In this document: positions 20,532 to 31,037 of the stretch, piece after piece
Layout: the number at the start of each line of letters is the position of its first letter
How positions within the stretch are numbered: position 1 is the first letter of the stretch
From: a cyanobacterium endosymbiont of Braarudosphaera bigelowii
GTDB taxonomy: Bacteria > Cyanobacteriota > Cyanobacteriia > Cyanobacteriales > Microcystaceae
Assembly (NCBI RefSeq): GCF_020885515.1
Contig: NZ_AP024987.1
Span: 1,110,001-1,142,000 of the forward strand
Direction of reading: 5' to 3'
DNA length: 32,000 nucleotides
Position numbers and translations under genes: made by a program
Notes under the pieces: model-generated
Seen by the model: the letters and a program-made list of their open reading frames with translations, nothing else
Told to the model about the DNA's origin: nothing
Database searches by the model: none

Positions 20532-22094
20532 TTGTTAATTTTTGATTTTTCATGGTTATCAGAAATGATTAGTTCCGGTAATATTATTTTTCCAATAAAG
20601 CAAAAAATCTTAATCTTCTTTATGATGCAAATTTCATTGTTTAGACAGTTTCGCTGGATATCATTGATTCTAATCACTATTTTATTTATTGTTTTGATTG
20701 TTCGACTACCAGCAACAGCTAAAACTCCAACAGATTATAAAGAATTAGAATTTCCTTCTTTATCCAACATCACTTTACCCGATTATGAGCGTTATGAATT
20801 AGATAACGGAATGGTAGTGTATCTAATGGAGGACCATCAGTTACCTTTAATTAAAGGTAATGCATTAATTAAAGTGGGATCACGCATTGAGCCACAAGAA
20901 AAAATTGGGTTAGCGGAAATTACTGGATCTATGATGCGTCTGGGGGGGACAGTGGACCATTCCGCTGGTGAATTAAATGAACTTTTAGAACAGAGAGCGG
21001 CAAAAATTGAAGTCAGTATTAATACGCATTCAGGAAATGCAGCATTTAATTCTTTAAGTAAGGATATTGAGATTGTATTTGATCTCTTTTCTCAAGTTTT
21101 AAAACAACCAGCTTTTGATTCCCAGCAATTAACCCTGACTAAAACTCAGTTGCAAGGACAAATTGCTCGTCGTAATGATAATCCAGGAGATATTGCCAAC
21201 AGAGAACTACACAAGCTTGTTTATGGAGAAGGTAGTCCTTATGCTCGTACTATAGAGTATGATACTTTAAATAACATTAATTTGAATGATGTTGTTTCTT
21301 TTCATCAAAAATATATTCGTCCAGAAAGTCTTATTTTGGGGATCGTAGGAGATTTTGATTCTAAAGAAATCAAACAATTAATTCAAAATAAGTTTGGAAA
21401 TTGGAAATCTTCTACTATAAAGCCTGAGATAAAAATTTCTCAAGCCCATCAAGCTAAAAAAGATGAATTATTTTTTGTTGATCAGCCTCACTTAAACCAA
21501 AGTAATGTATTGCTAGGACATTTAGGAGGTAAGTTAGATAGTCCAGATTATCCAGCCTTAAGTGTTATAAATGGTTTACTGAATGGTTTTGGAGGACGTT
21601 TATTTAATAATCTACGTTCTCGCCAAGGACTAGCTTATACCGTGTATGGATACTGGAATGCAGCTTACGATTATCCAGGAATTTTTCTAGCTGGCGGTCA
21701 AACTTCTTCTGAAACAACAGTACAGTTTATAAAATCTCTAATGACGGAAATAGAGTTGCTTAGAGACCAACCTATAGAAAGTGATGAATTAGCATATGCA
21801 AAAGAATCTATTCTTAATTCCTTTGTATTCAAATTTGAAAATCCTAGTCAAACTCTATCTCGTTTATTAACTTACGAATATTATGACTATCCGGAGGACT
21901 TTATTTTCAAATATCAGGATGGAATTAAAAAAACTACTATAGAAGATATTCAGAGAGTTGCTAAAGAATATTTAAAACCAGAAAATACAGTAATCTTAGT
22001 AGTAGGCAATAAAGAAAATATTTATTCTTCTCTTACTAAGCTAAAGAAAAATATAAACAATATTGATGTTACTATTCCTAATTCGAATAAATAA
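20532..22094 (+). CDS. M16 family peptidase homologue lacking the HxxEH zinc motif
   Basis: YELDNGMVVYLMEDHQLPL, VGSRIEPQEKIGLAEITGSMMRLGG (position of HxxEH), LSRQGLAYTVYGYWN in the second half. The N-terminal start is uncertain; a signal/TM segment is present. Confidence 0.88.
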   Translation: MLIFDFSWLSEMISSGNIIFPIKQKILIFFMMQISLFRQFRWISLILITILFIVLIVRLPATAKTPTDYKELEFPSLSNITLPDYERYELDNGMVVYLMEDHQLPLIKGNALIKVGSRIEPQEKIGLAEITGSMMRLGGTVDHSAGELNELLEQRAAKIEVSINTHSGNAAFNSLSKDIEIVFDLFSQVLKQPAFDSQQLTLTKTQLQGQIARRNDNPGDIANRELHKLVYGEGSPYARTIEYDTLNNINLNDVVSFHQKYIRPESLILGIVGDFDSKEIKQLIQNKFGNWKSSTIKPEIKISQAHQAKKDELFFVDQPHLNQSNVLLGHLGGKLDSPDYPALSVINGLLNGFGGRLFNNLRSRQGLAYTVYGYWNAAYDYPGIFLAGGQTSSETTVQFIKSLMTEIELLRDQPIESDELAYAKESILNSFVFKFENPSQTLSRLLTYEYYDYPEDFIFKYQDGIKKTTIEDIQRVAKEYLKPENTVILVVGNKENIYSSLTKLKKNINNIDVTIPNSNK

Positions 22095-22105
22095 TTAAAT
22101 TATTG

Positions 22106-22141
22106 ATTTGATGTGATTTTATGATTAAGATCACATCAAAT
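22106..22141 (+). terminator. Hairpin after the M16 gene
   Basis: ATTTGATGTGAT-(12 nt)-ATCACATCAAAT, 12 bp perfect, 11 nt downstream of the stop. Confidence 0.5.
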
Positions 22142-22330
22142 GTTGATTTATAGAAAAACAATCAACATGTTCCATTATATAATTTCATTTAAAAATATAT
22201 GTTTAAAATTTATTCTTGCTGAGAAACCATAAGTGGGTTTTAATTTTTAGCATATGGGAAATTTATCATAACTTGAAAGTATATTGTATTTTCCTAAAGT
22301 CATATGATTATTTTTTTTGTTAATAATTAA

Positions 22331-22369
22331 AAAAACAAAAAGAGGGTTAAAAAGCCTCTTTTTGTTTTT
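22331..22369. terminator. Bidirectional Rho-independent terminator between M16 gene and ndhF
   Basis: AAAAACAAAAAGAGG-(9 nt)-CCTCTTTTTGTTTTT, 15 bp perfect stem with A-tract/T-tract in canonical orientation between convergent genes. Confidence 0.9.
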
Positions 22370-22393
22370 GAAAACATTGAAATCCGGTTATTT

Positions 22394-24427
22394 TCAAGTT
22401 GCGCTGGAAACAATTACAAATCCTAAAACTGCCCCAAAAAGAACTAGGGCATAGAATTGAACTCTTCCACTTTCAAAATACTTTAGACCTTCTCCACTAA
22501 CTAAAGTTGCTAATCCTGTAAAGTTAACAACTCCATCAATAACTCGATAATCAACCTCCATAATTTGACGAGCTAATCGGCGACATCCTATTACAAAAAC
22601 TTGATTATATACATCATCGAAATACCATTTATTTAAAGAAAATTGGTATAAAGTAGGAATTTTTTCGGCAATAGTATTTGGATCAATTTTATGTTTTAAA
22701 TACATTAAAAATGCTACTACAATACCAATACTTGCTATTCCAACTGAAGCCCCAGCCATAATAGTAAATTCAGTCCAATCAAAATGAACTAATTTTTCAA
22801 CAACTTCTCCAGGAGCATGAATAAAATTCTCAAAGTTATTATTCCAAGGCCTGCCTAATAAGCCAATAGCTGTTGAAGGAATAGCTAAGGTTAACAACGG
22901 TAAGGTCATTGTTAAAGGAGATTCATGAGGCAAACTGTTACTACTATGATCGTGATTAGTAGAATGATGCTCTAATTCCTCATCTTCAGTAGCTTTTGTC
23001 TCTAAAGTGGCAGTAGATAATAATCTTGTGCGAATTGTCATATCATTTCCTTTAAAATTACCTTCAAAAGTCATGAAATACATTCTAAACATGTAAAAAG
23101 CTGTTATTCCTGCTGTTAACCATCCAACCAACCATAAAAAAGGATTTGATTGATAAGCTAATCCTAATATTTCATCCTTAGACCAAAAACCAGCAAATGG
23201 AGGAATACCACAAATAGCAAGGGTGCCGACTAAAAAGGCTAAAGATGTGAGAGGCATATACTTCCTAAGACCCCCCATCAAGCGCATATCTTGAGCTAAT
23301 ACAGCATTATGTCCTACAACATTTTCCATACCATGGATAACAGATCCAGAGCATAAGAACAACATGGCTTTAAAGTAAGCATGAGTCATCAAATGAAATA
23401 GCCCAGCACTATAAGCACCAATACCCATTGCCATAACCATATAACCTAGTTGAGACATGGTTGAATAAGCTAATCCCTTTTTAATATCATTTTGAGTGAT
23501 CGCAATAGTTGCCCCTATAAAAGAAGTTACTGCCCCTGTCCAAGCTATTATTGTCATCAATGTAGGAATATGCTCAAATACTGGATACATTCTCGCCACT
23601 AAGAATACTCCTGCTGCTACCATAGTTGCTGCATGGATAAGAGCAGAAATTGGCGTAGGTCCTTCCATAGCATCAGGCAGCCAAACATGAAGTGGAAACT
23701 GAGCTGATTTTGCAACTGGCCCCAAAAATACAAGTATTCCAAATATTGTAATGAGCATGGGAGAAATCATATCTGAAGAGATTAATTCTTCTAAACGTTG
23801 TCCCATTAAATCAAACTCAAAAGTTCGTGTTGCCCAATATAGACCTAGCATACCTAAAAGTAAACCAAAATCTCCGACACGATTAGTGACAAAGGCCTTT
23901 TGACAAGCATTGGCAGCTCCTGGACGGTCAAACCAAAAACCAATTAGTAAATAAGAAGACATACCTACTAGTTCCCAGAAAACATAAATTTGTACTAAAT
24001 TAGGACTGATGACTAATCCCAACATAGAAGCACTAAAAATACTTAAATAAGCATAAAAACGTACATATCCTGGATCATGGGCCATATAACCATCTGTGTA
24101 GATCATTACCAAAAAAGCTACAGTAGTTACAATGACACACATGAGAGAGCTGAGGTGGTCAAGTGTATAACCCATTTCTAAGTGAAATTTTCCGGATGCA
24201 GCCCATTCGAACATCTGGGAATATTCCCCATGACCTTGAATTTGACTCCATAGAAGAGCAAATGATAAAACCATGGATGTGCCTATTAGAGAAATAATGA
24301 TTGCTGCATTGATTTGTCTAAGGCTATTGGTAACTTGATTGAAGGTGATTAAACCCAAGCCAACTATTATTGCCCCTAAAAGAGGTAAAGTGGGAATTAG
24401 CCAGGCGTATTGATAAAGGGGTTCCAT
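22394..24427 (-). CDS. ndhF: NAD(P)H-quinone oxidoreductase subunit 5 (NdhF1-type)
   Basis: YAWLIPTLPLLGAIIVG, MEPLYQYAW start, FWELVGMSSYLLIGFW, HVWLPDAMEGPTPISALIHAATMVAAGVFLVARM, IKKGLAYSTMSQLGYMVMAMG, MYFMTFEGNFKG. Confidence 0.96.
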   Translation of the reverse strand: MEPLYQYAWLIPTLPLLGAIIVGLGLITFNQVTNSLRQINAAIIISLIGTSMVLSFALLWSQIQGHGEYSQMFEWAASGKFHLEMGYTLDHLSSLMCVIVTTVAFLVMIYTDGYMAHDPGYVRFYAYLSIFSASMLGLVISPNLVQIYVFWELVGMSSYLLIGFWFDRPGAANACQKAFVTNRVGDFGLLLGMLGLYWATRTFEFDLMGQRLEELISSDMISPMLITIFGILVFLGPVAKSAQFPLHVWLPDAMEGPTPISALIHAATMVAAGVFLVARMYPVFEHIPTLMTIIAWTGAVTSFIGATIAITQNDIKKGLAYSTMSQLGYMVMAMGIGAYSAGLFHLMTHAYFKAMLFLCSGSVIHGMENVVGHNAVLAQDMRLMGGLRKYMPLTSLAFLVGTLAICGIPPFAGFWSKDEILGLAYQSNPFLWLVGWLTAGITAFYMFRMYFMTFEGNFKGNDMTIRTRLLSTATLETKATEDEELEHHSTNHDHSSNSLPHESPLTMTLPLLTLAIPSTAIGLLGRPWNNNFENFIHAPGEVVEKLVHFDWTEFTIMAGASVGIASIGIVVAFLMYLKHKIDPNTIAEKIPTLYQFSLNKWYFDDVYNQVFVIGCRRLARQIMEVDYRVIDGVVNFTGLATLVSGEGLKYFESGRVQFYALVLFGAVLGFVIVSSAT

Positions 24428-25088
24428 ACCGTAATGCCTAAGTTATTTGTTTTTGTATTTAGTTAATAACGTTAGCTTTTCGGTTAAGGGCTTCTTTAAG
24501 AAATTTACAACCCCTCTGTACTGAATAAATAGTATCAAATACAAGACTATGTTGAAAGAGATAATTTATAATTTCTCTCTCTGTAAGTCTTTTTGATTTA
24601 AATTTCTATTAATTGGCCAATAACCTATAAGATAACAAACTTAATTAAGGTACCTCTCTACACGCTGTTCAACTTAAAATGAAGTATTGAACCATATAGA
24701 TATGTGAGGACACTATACTTTTATGATCTTAGCAAAAATGTGTAGAACTCATCAAATCTTAAAAAATCTAGTAGATATGAAAATCAAAAGTTTCCTACCT
24801 ATCTCATAAACGTTATGCCCTCAGATTAAAATAGAGGTATTTTATAGTTGATATTATTTTAACTTCAGTTTTTTATGAACATATAGTCTATTTAGGTAGT
24901 GAAGTTGAATAAATGAGTTTTTTTATAATTTAAATAAAATGATTCCGGCAATAGATGAGCATCTGCTACTATATTCACTGTATTCTTAAGATTAACAAAA
25001 AAATAATTTAGCTTTTAATTCTCAATATGATACTAATAATAAGAATTCAGCTTTATTTTATTCATACTTTTAAGTACAGCAAAATAAT

Positions 25089-26534
25089 ATGACATCTATT
25101 CGTAAACTTCACCAACAATTAATTAATAAAGATAGAACTGCAGTTGAGATTACAACAGAAGCATTAGAAAGAATCGAAGCAGTTGATTCAAAAGTTAAAA
25201 GTTTTCTACACATAACAGCTGATTATGCCCTATCAAAAGCTAAACAAATTGATAATAAAATTGCTAATAAGGAGGAAATAGGAATTTTATCAGGTATTCC
25301 TGTTGGAGTTAAAGACAACATGATTACTTCTGGAATCACTACCACCTGTGGCTCTAAGATTTTAGAAAATTTTGTTCCTTCTTATGAATCTACTGTAACC
25401 CAAAAACTTCAAAATGCTGGAGCTATTATGGTAGGAAAGACTAATTTAGATGAGTTTGCAATGGGAAGTTCTACAGAAAACTCTGGCTATCAAGTCACTG
25501 CAAATCCTTGGGATTTGTCTAGAGTTCCTGGTGGTTCTTCGGGTGGTTCTGCCGCAGCTGTAGCAGCTGCAGAATGCTTAATCTCTATAGGTTCGGATAC
25601 TGGAGGTTCTATTCGTCAGCCTGCAGCTTTATGTGGTGTGGTCGGACTAAAACCAACTTATGGATTAGTTTCTAGGTTTGGACTGGTCGCTTATGCTTCA
25701 TCCCTAGATCAAGTTGGACCATTTGCCCGCAGTGTAGAAGACACTGCTATCGTGCTAGGAACTATTGCTGGCTATGACTGTAAGGATTCTACTAGCCTTA
25801 AAGTTACAGTACCAGACTATACTCGATTCCTCAAACCTTCATTAAAAGGGCTAACAATTGGAGTAATTGAAGAAACTTTTATGGAAGGAGTAGAACAAGA
25901 GGTTAGTAATATTGTCCAAAATGCAATTAATCACCTAAAAACATTAGGTGCAAAGATTGTAAGTGTTTCTTGTCCTAGTTTCCGTTATGGTCTACCTGCT
26001 TATTATATCATAGCTCCTGCTGAAGCCTCATCAAACTTAGCACGTTATGATGCAGTCAAATATGGATTAAGAACAAAATCAAATACTCTAGCGGATATGT
26101 ATACTAGTACTAGATCCCAAGGCTTTGGCGCAGAAGTAAAAAGACGTATTATGCTAGGTACTTATACGCTATCTACAGGATATTATGATGCATACTACCT
26201 TAAAGCTCAAAAAGTGAGAACCTTGATTAAGAAAGATTTTGATATTAACTTTGAGAAAGTAGATGTTTTAGTATGTCCAACATCTCCGACAACAGCTTTT
26301 AAGGCCGGTGAAAAAATATCTGAACCTTTAAATATGTATTTATCTGATTTAATGACTATCCCCGTGAACTTAGCTGGATTACCTGGAATGAGTATTCCGT
26401 GTGGATTTGATAAAAAAGGTTTACCTGTTGGATTACAACTAATTGGCAATATTCTTGAAGAAGGAAAACTTTTTCAAGTAGGTTATGCTTATGAACAATC
26501 TACACCATGGCATAATTTGTCACCTCAGTTATAG
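25089..26534 (+). CDS. gatA: Glutamyl-tRNA(Gln)/aspartyl-tRNA(Asn) amidotransferase subunit A
   Basis: [90 protein letters not shown]. Confidence 0.97.
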   Translation: MTSIRKLHQQLINKDRTAVEITTEALERIEAVDSKVKSFLHITADYALSKAKQIDNKIANKEEIGILSGIPVGVKDNMITSGITTTCGSKILENFVPSYESTVTQKLQNAGAIMVGKTNLDEFAMGSSTENSGYQVTANPWDLSRVPGGSSGGSAAAVAAAECLISIGSDTGGSIRQPAALCGVVGLKPTYGLVSRFGLVAYASSLDQVGPFARSVEDTAIVLGTIAGYDCKDSTSLKVTVPDYTRFLKPSLKGLTIGVIEETFMEGVEQEVSNIVQNAINHLKTLGAKIVSVSCPSFRYGLPAYYIIAPAEASSNLARYDAVKYGLRTKSNTLADMYTSTRSQGFGAEVKRRIMLGTYTLSTGYYDAYYLKAQKVRTLIKKDFDINFEKVDVLVCPTSPTTAFKAGEKISEPLNMYLSDLMTIPVNLAGLPGMSIPCGFDKKGLPVGLQLIGNILEEGKLFQVGYAYEQSTPWHNLSPQL

Positions 26535-26587
26535 AAGTTAATTAGAGATAAAAACTTTATATAATGTTTTACTTCAACTAAACAAAC

Positions 26588-27697
26588 TTATCGATAAACA
26601 GGTAAAGTAAAGTGAAAGCAACTTCCTTGACCGAGCACACTATCTACCCAAATTTGTCCATAATGAACGCGGATGATTTTACGACATAAAGATAGGCCTA
26701 GTCCATAACCTTCTTTACCTTGATCTCTTTGTAGCCGAAAATGTCCTTCAAAGATTCTTTCTTCCTTTTCTTTAGGAATACCTGGTCCAGTATCAGAAAT
26801 GCTTACTTGCACTTTTTGACTAGTACGATGAAGAATTGATAGAGTAACTTGGCCATTTTCTGGTGTATATTTAATTGCATTATCTAATAAATTAATAACA
26901 ACCTGGCGAATCAATTCTTCATCTGCATACACACCTGGTATATCTTCAGGGATATCTTGTGTTAGATTTATCGATTTTTCTTTAAGTAAATTAACATATC
27001 GTCTAAAAATTCCTCTAAATAGATGAGACAAGAAAACTTCTGTACGTTCTACTTTCAATTCACCGTTAATACTTTTTGATGCCTGTAGAATATCAGTGAT
27101 TAGGCGATTCATAATTTGCAGCTGATTATGTATTTGAGAAAATAATTGCTTTTTAAGTTTTATATAACGTTCATTAATTTCTTTGTCTTGAACTATTTCT
27201 AAAGTATCTATAGCTATAGAGGTAGCAGTAAGAGGACTACGTAAATCATGGGCTAACATAGCTAAAACCTGATCTTTAAAGTTTAGTTGATCTAACAAGT
27301 CTTTTTTTTCTTTTTTTAGACGAAAAACTTCATCAGACAAGCGTATAAGTTCTGCTGAATATTCAATTAGACCAATTTTAGAAACAGTACTTTTCTCTAT
27401 TTGATAATTACTATGCTTTCTTTCTAATAAAGATTTCCATTGAGGCCACCATTTTTCTAATTGGCTAATTAAATTACTTCCGGCCAAAATTTGTTTTTGT
27501 CCTGGTGATACTTTTACAAGTGCAGGGGTGGCAACTAGCCGAAAATGTTCTACAAGATGAGGTTGCTTACGAATTTCAATTACTTCTAACTGACATGGAC
27601 AACTCTTTTTAATGATTTCAATATAGTCTCTTATTAATCTCACATACTCACTAGAACTAGGACGTTCATCTACAAACAATAATAACTGGATAGACAT
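26588..27697 (-). CDS. sasA: Circadian histidine kinase SasA
   Basis: N-terminal KaiB-like domain (SIQLLLFVDERPSSSEYVRLIRDYIEI...QLEVIEIRKQPHLVEHFRLVATPALVKVSPG), H-box MLAHDLRSPLTA, N/G boxes (NLLDNAIKYTPENG, DTGPGIP, GYGLGLSLCRKI). The track starts at 27751; the internal ATG at 27697 (MSIQLLLF) fits the domain start better. Confidence 0.95.
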   Translation of the reverse strand: MSIQLLLFVDERPSSSEYVRLIRDYIEIIKKSCPCQLEVIEIRKQPHLVEHFRLVATPALVKVSPGQKQILAGSNLISQLEKWWPQWKSLLERKHSNYQIEKSTVSKIGLIEYSAELIRLSDEVFRLKKEKKDLLDQLNFKDQVLAMLAHDLRSPLTATSIAIDTLEIVQDKEINERYIKLKKQLFSQIHNQLQIMNRLITDILQASKSINGELKVERTEVFLSHLFRGIFRRYVNLLKEKSINLTQDIPEDIPGVYADEELIRQVVINLLDNAIKYTPENGQVTLSILHRTSQKVQVSISDTGPGIPKEKEERIFEGHFRLQRDQGKEGYGLGLSLCRKIIRVHYGQIWVDSVLGQGSCFHFTLPVYR

Positions 27698-28129
27698 AGG
27701 AATGAAGTAATCATTTTCAGTATTTATTCTATATTTCAATGTCTTTACCACTGAAATCCAAAATCATATATGTGTTAATTGAGAATAATAATTAAAAAAA
27801 AGTTTTCATTAACTAATTTATGTTTCGTACTTAAAAATAATTAATCATTTTTTATATTAGACTGTAATTGTAAAAACTTCACTGATAAATTATTTGTCTT
27901 ATAGTAAATTTGCTAAAAACTATTTTCTATATTCATTTCTATTTAGTACTACGTAATTTTTAAAAAGAAATAAAACAATCAAGATACAGATAGGAAAACA
28001 AGACAGCATAAATAAGAAAACTATTATGTTTATTAATATTTGTATATTTTTCTAAAAATTAGATCTTTTATTAGAATCAATTTTATTTATAATATGAGAT
28101 TCATATGAATTATCTAGTTACTAAAAAAA

Positions 28130-28163
28130 TATAGCGCAGAAAATTATTTATCTCTGCACTATA
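28130..28163 (-). terminator. Rho-independent terminator for the PSRP-3 transcript (minus strand)
   Basis: Minus strand TATAGTGCAGA-(12 nt)-TCTGCGCTATA followed immediately by TTTTTTT; one U-G pair in the stem. Confidence 0.8.
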
Positions 28164-28353
28164 ATATTAAAAACTAATGAGCCATGACTTCTAAAGAAGA
28201 ATTATTGAACTTATTTAGAGAAAAACTTACCATTAGTTAACAGGAGAATTTACTAAAGTTAGTAAATACTTTTCAAAGTAATAAATATTTAATTAATAAC
28301 TTTAAGTAAATAACTGATGATGACAATTTATTGTTTATGTTTATCAGTTTAAA

Positions 28354-28665
28354 TTAGTTACTACCACTAAATGTTACTTCTAAGAATTTAGCCTGAGCTT
28401 CCTTCATAGTAATACTTTTTCCTTGATTACGAAGGTCTTGCCAATAATTAATGACTTCTGTTGCCTTATTTAAGACTTCAATTCTTTCTGTTTCTAAGAT
28501 CCAATGCTTTGCTTCTAGTTCATTTTTTAACTCTTGCCAAGCATTATTACGTGGCCAAAAGAAATAAGCAGTTAAAGGACTGGTTCCTTTTCCGACAATT
28601 TGATCAACGGCGATGGCTACATTAGCATCTAACCAAAGAACTTTTAATATAAATCTAGGCTCCAA
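28354..28665 (-). CDS. ycf65: Plastid-specific ribosomal protein 3 / Ycf65-like 30S protein (PSRP-3)
   Basis: [53 protein letters not shown]...[17 protein letters not shown]...[14 protein letters not shown]. Start codon is TTG, with GGAGG 5 nt upstream. Confidence 0.93.
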   Translation of the reverse strand: MEPRFILKVLWLDANVAIAVDQIVGKGTSPLTAYFFWPRNNAWQELKNELEAKHWILETERIEVLNKATEVINYWQDLRNQGKSITMKEAQAKFLEVTFSGSN

Positions 28666-29457
28666 TTACGCCTCCGGTGGGTAGACTGCACAAATATTTT
28701 AAATATGAGACCCTTTATTATAACTTATTTAGAGTAAATTTTACTATTAAACAGAACAAAGATTTTATAGTAATGGTTAAACAACAAGTACAGTAATTCA
28801 TTATTTTTATAAATTTTCCTGTTTAGTAGCTTTTAATTAAAAAAAATCAAAGTATTAACAGATATAATGATTAGTTATATATCTTAAACAAGAAATAAAA
28901 TCTATACTATTCTAGTTAATATAAATAAGTACATATCTCAACTTAATGTTATCAGTTTCACCAGGTTAATATCTTTTTTTAAATTATTTTATAACTTTAA
29001 TTAAGCTTGCTTAAGCAGATCAATTAAGGAGTAACTATACAAAAATTACCTTACCAATAAAAACATTACATAATTTTGATTTACTTATTTTGTATGATAG
29101 GACTATTTAATCATAATAGTTATTTAATAAATGAAGATTTTAACTACTAAAATTTTTAAAAATCAGATCTAAGAAACTAGACTTTATAAAGTTTACTTGA
29201 CAAAGAACATACAGTCTTTGTCTTTAGACCTAAAATGTTTTATAGTTATTCATTTTTATCTATTTTTTGTTACAATTTTCTTAATCTCATTTGTTTTGTA
29301 GATAACTATAGTTTTTAATATTATTAACTTACAAAAGGAAAAAGAAATGTTTTATACTTTTGACGTAATTACTTCAACTAAAAAATATAGTACTTGATAA
29401 CTTCTACTTGTTACTTTTTTGTTTGAGAAAATACTTAACTGCTAGAAAAATATATAA

Positions 29458-30825
29458 ATGAACTCTTCTACATATCGTTTTAAAAGCAAACTATTCAACC
29501 TATTAAATCGTAAATCTTTATTGTTAAAAGAGCATCTTGTCTACCAAGGTAAGCTAATAAAAATTATTTTTAAGTGGAGTGTACAAATTATTATATACCC
29601 ACTTTATTTTTTTGTACATACGAAAAAAACTAGCCAAAAAAGATTAAGAAGAACTGACTATTTATTAAGTCCTCTTTATTCAAATACTGATTTTTATTTA
29701 GAAAAAACGCTTAAAAAAGTACGGTATTTTCTATTAAATCTTGAAGAATACAAAGACTTTTTTAAAGAGCAGAAGAGATTAGAAAATGAAATTTACACAA
29801 TAAATGATATTGCTATTAATTCAATCCAAGGACTGGCTAGTAACTTAATTACCCATAAATTGATTCTAGTTACTGAAAACAACATTACTATTGATATATT
29901 GTCTGAAAATCAAAAAAATTATTTGCATAAATACATAAACTTACAATTAAACAACTATAAGAATAACTCGAGATACAGTAAAGTACATGATCTGTATTTA
30001 ATAACTCAATCTTTTACGAAGCAAAATTTCATTTTATTCCTGATGTCTGTTTTCTGGAAGTTAATGTTTTGGATGAAAAATGAATCATTAGCTATGAATC
30101 TTAATTTTTGTGGGGAACTATCTGACATATCTTTAAGTTCAGAGAAATTGTTAAAAAAAATACCAAGGTCTATAGTTAAAGATCATAACGGAAACACAAA
30201 GTTTTCCTTTTATTTTTTAATAGGCAAGATGGTTCAAAAGTGGAAAGGATATCTGCAAAAAAAAAGTTATCAATCCCTTAGAATTCAAAGTAATCAATTT
30301 TCTTTAAAGTTTCTCGTATATACGACTATATATTATTTTTTAAGCCGAATCCTATCCAATAAATATTTAAGGCATAGTCTAAAACAAAAGAAGATAAAAC
30401 TATATGAAACGAAAAATAATGAAAATAATTATAAGTGGTCTTCTTGGAACGAAACATCTAGTAAATTTATATCTCTAGAAAAATATCCATCACGGCCATA
30501 TAGTTCTATAGTATTGTCTAATAATAATAATTCATTTCATAATTTATTTTATGATTATGAACTAGAAAAACATAAAGCAAATTATCTAGATATTAATCGA
30601 GCTTCCCAAAAGCCCATAAGTAGTCATTTGATTCCTAAAATAAAGAAAGATAAACAAGAAGAATTTACAGGAAATATTACAGAAGTAGGAATAAAATCTG
30701 GAGAATATATTAAACATCCTCTAATTAGAATTTTAGAGCTGCTAGATATAATTTTTTATTGGATAGAAAAGCTAATGATAAAAATATGGAAAATAGTGCT
30801 CAGAATACTTAATTACAAAAAGTAA
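29458..30825 (+). CDS. Conserved cyanobacterial-type hypothetical protein, probably membrane-associated
   Basis: 455-aa ORF. N-terminal FKWSVQIIIYPLYFFVHTKK and C-terminal HPLIRILELLDIIFYWIEKLMIKIWKIVLRI are amphipathic/hydrophobic; resembles a large uncharacterised cyanobacterial family from memory. Length and composition support real coding. Confidence 0.7.
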   Translation: MNSSTYRFKSKLFNLLNRKSLLLKEHLVYQGKLIKIIFKWSVQIIIYPLYFFVHTKKTSQKRLRRTDYLLSPLYSNTDFYLEKTLKKVRYFLLNLEEYKDFFKEQKRLENEIYTINDIAINSIQGLASNLITHKLILVTENNITIDILSENQKNYLHKYINLQLNNYKNNSRYSKVHDLYLITQSFTKQNFILFLMSVFWKLMFWMKNESLAMNLNFCGELSDISLSSEKLLKKIPRSIVKDHNGNTKFSFYFLIGKMVQKWKGYLQKKSYQSLRIQSNQFSLKFLVYTTIYYFLSRILSNKYLRHSLKQKKIKLYETKNNENNYKWSSWNETSSKFISLEKYPSRPYSSIVLSNNNNSFHNLFYDYELEKHKANYLDINRASQKPISSHLIPKIKKDKQEEFTGNITEVGIKSGEYIKHPLIRILELLDIIFYWIEKLMIKIWKIVLRILNYKK

Positions 30826-30978
30826 AAAAATATAATCAAAAAATAAGGTATGCTTATTATGAACATAAAGATAATGAATTGTAATCTTTATTAAATTTTA
30901 TTGAATAGTATATACCTAGGTAATTAAACCCAGCTTAGAGGATGAAAGTAAAAAAGTATGCCTTATTATGGCTCTTCC

Positions 30979-31037
30979 CCTAACTAATAAATGTTCATAA
31001 TATTCAACATTAATATTATGAACATTTATTAGTTAGG
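30979..31037. repeat. Perfect 26-bp inverted repeat with 7-nt loop, overlapping the ycf34 stop codon
   Basis: CCTAACTAATAAATGTTCATAATATT-CAACATT-AATATTATGAACATTTATTAGTTAGG, verified pair by pair. Confidence 0.96.

Noticed and set aside
22331-22369. Treating the M16/ndhF hairpin as another unusual palindrome
   Set aside because: It has a GC-containing stem and correctly oriented A/T tracts, so it is an ordinary bidirectional intrinsic terminator.
23496-23690. 64-aa plus-strand ORF
   Set aside because: Antisense to the most conserved part of ndhF.
26207-26449. 80-aa minus-strand ORF
   Set aside because: Antisense to gatA, no features.
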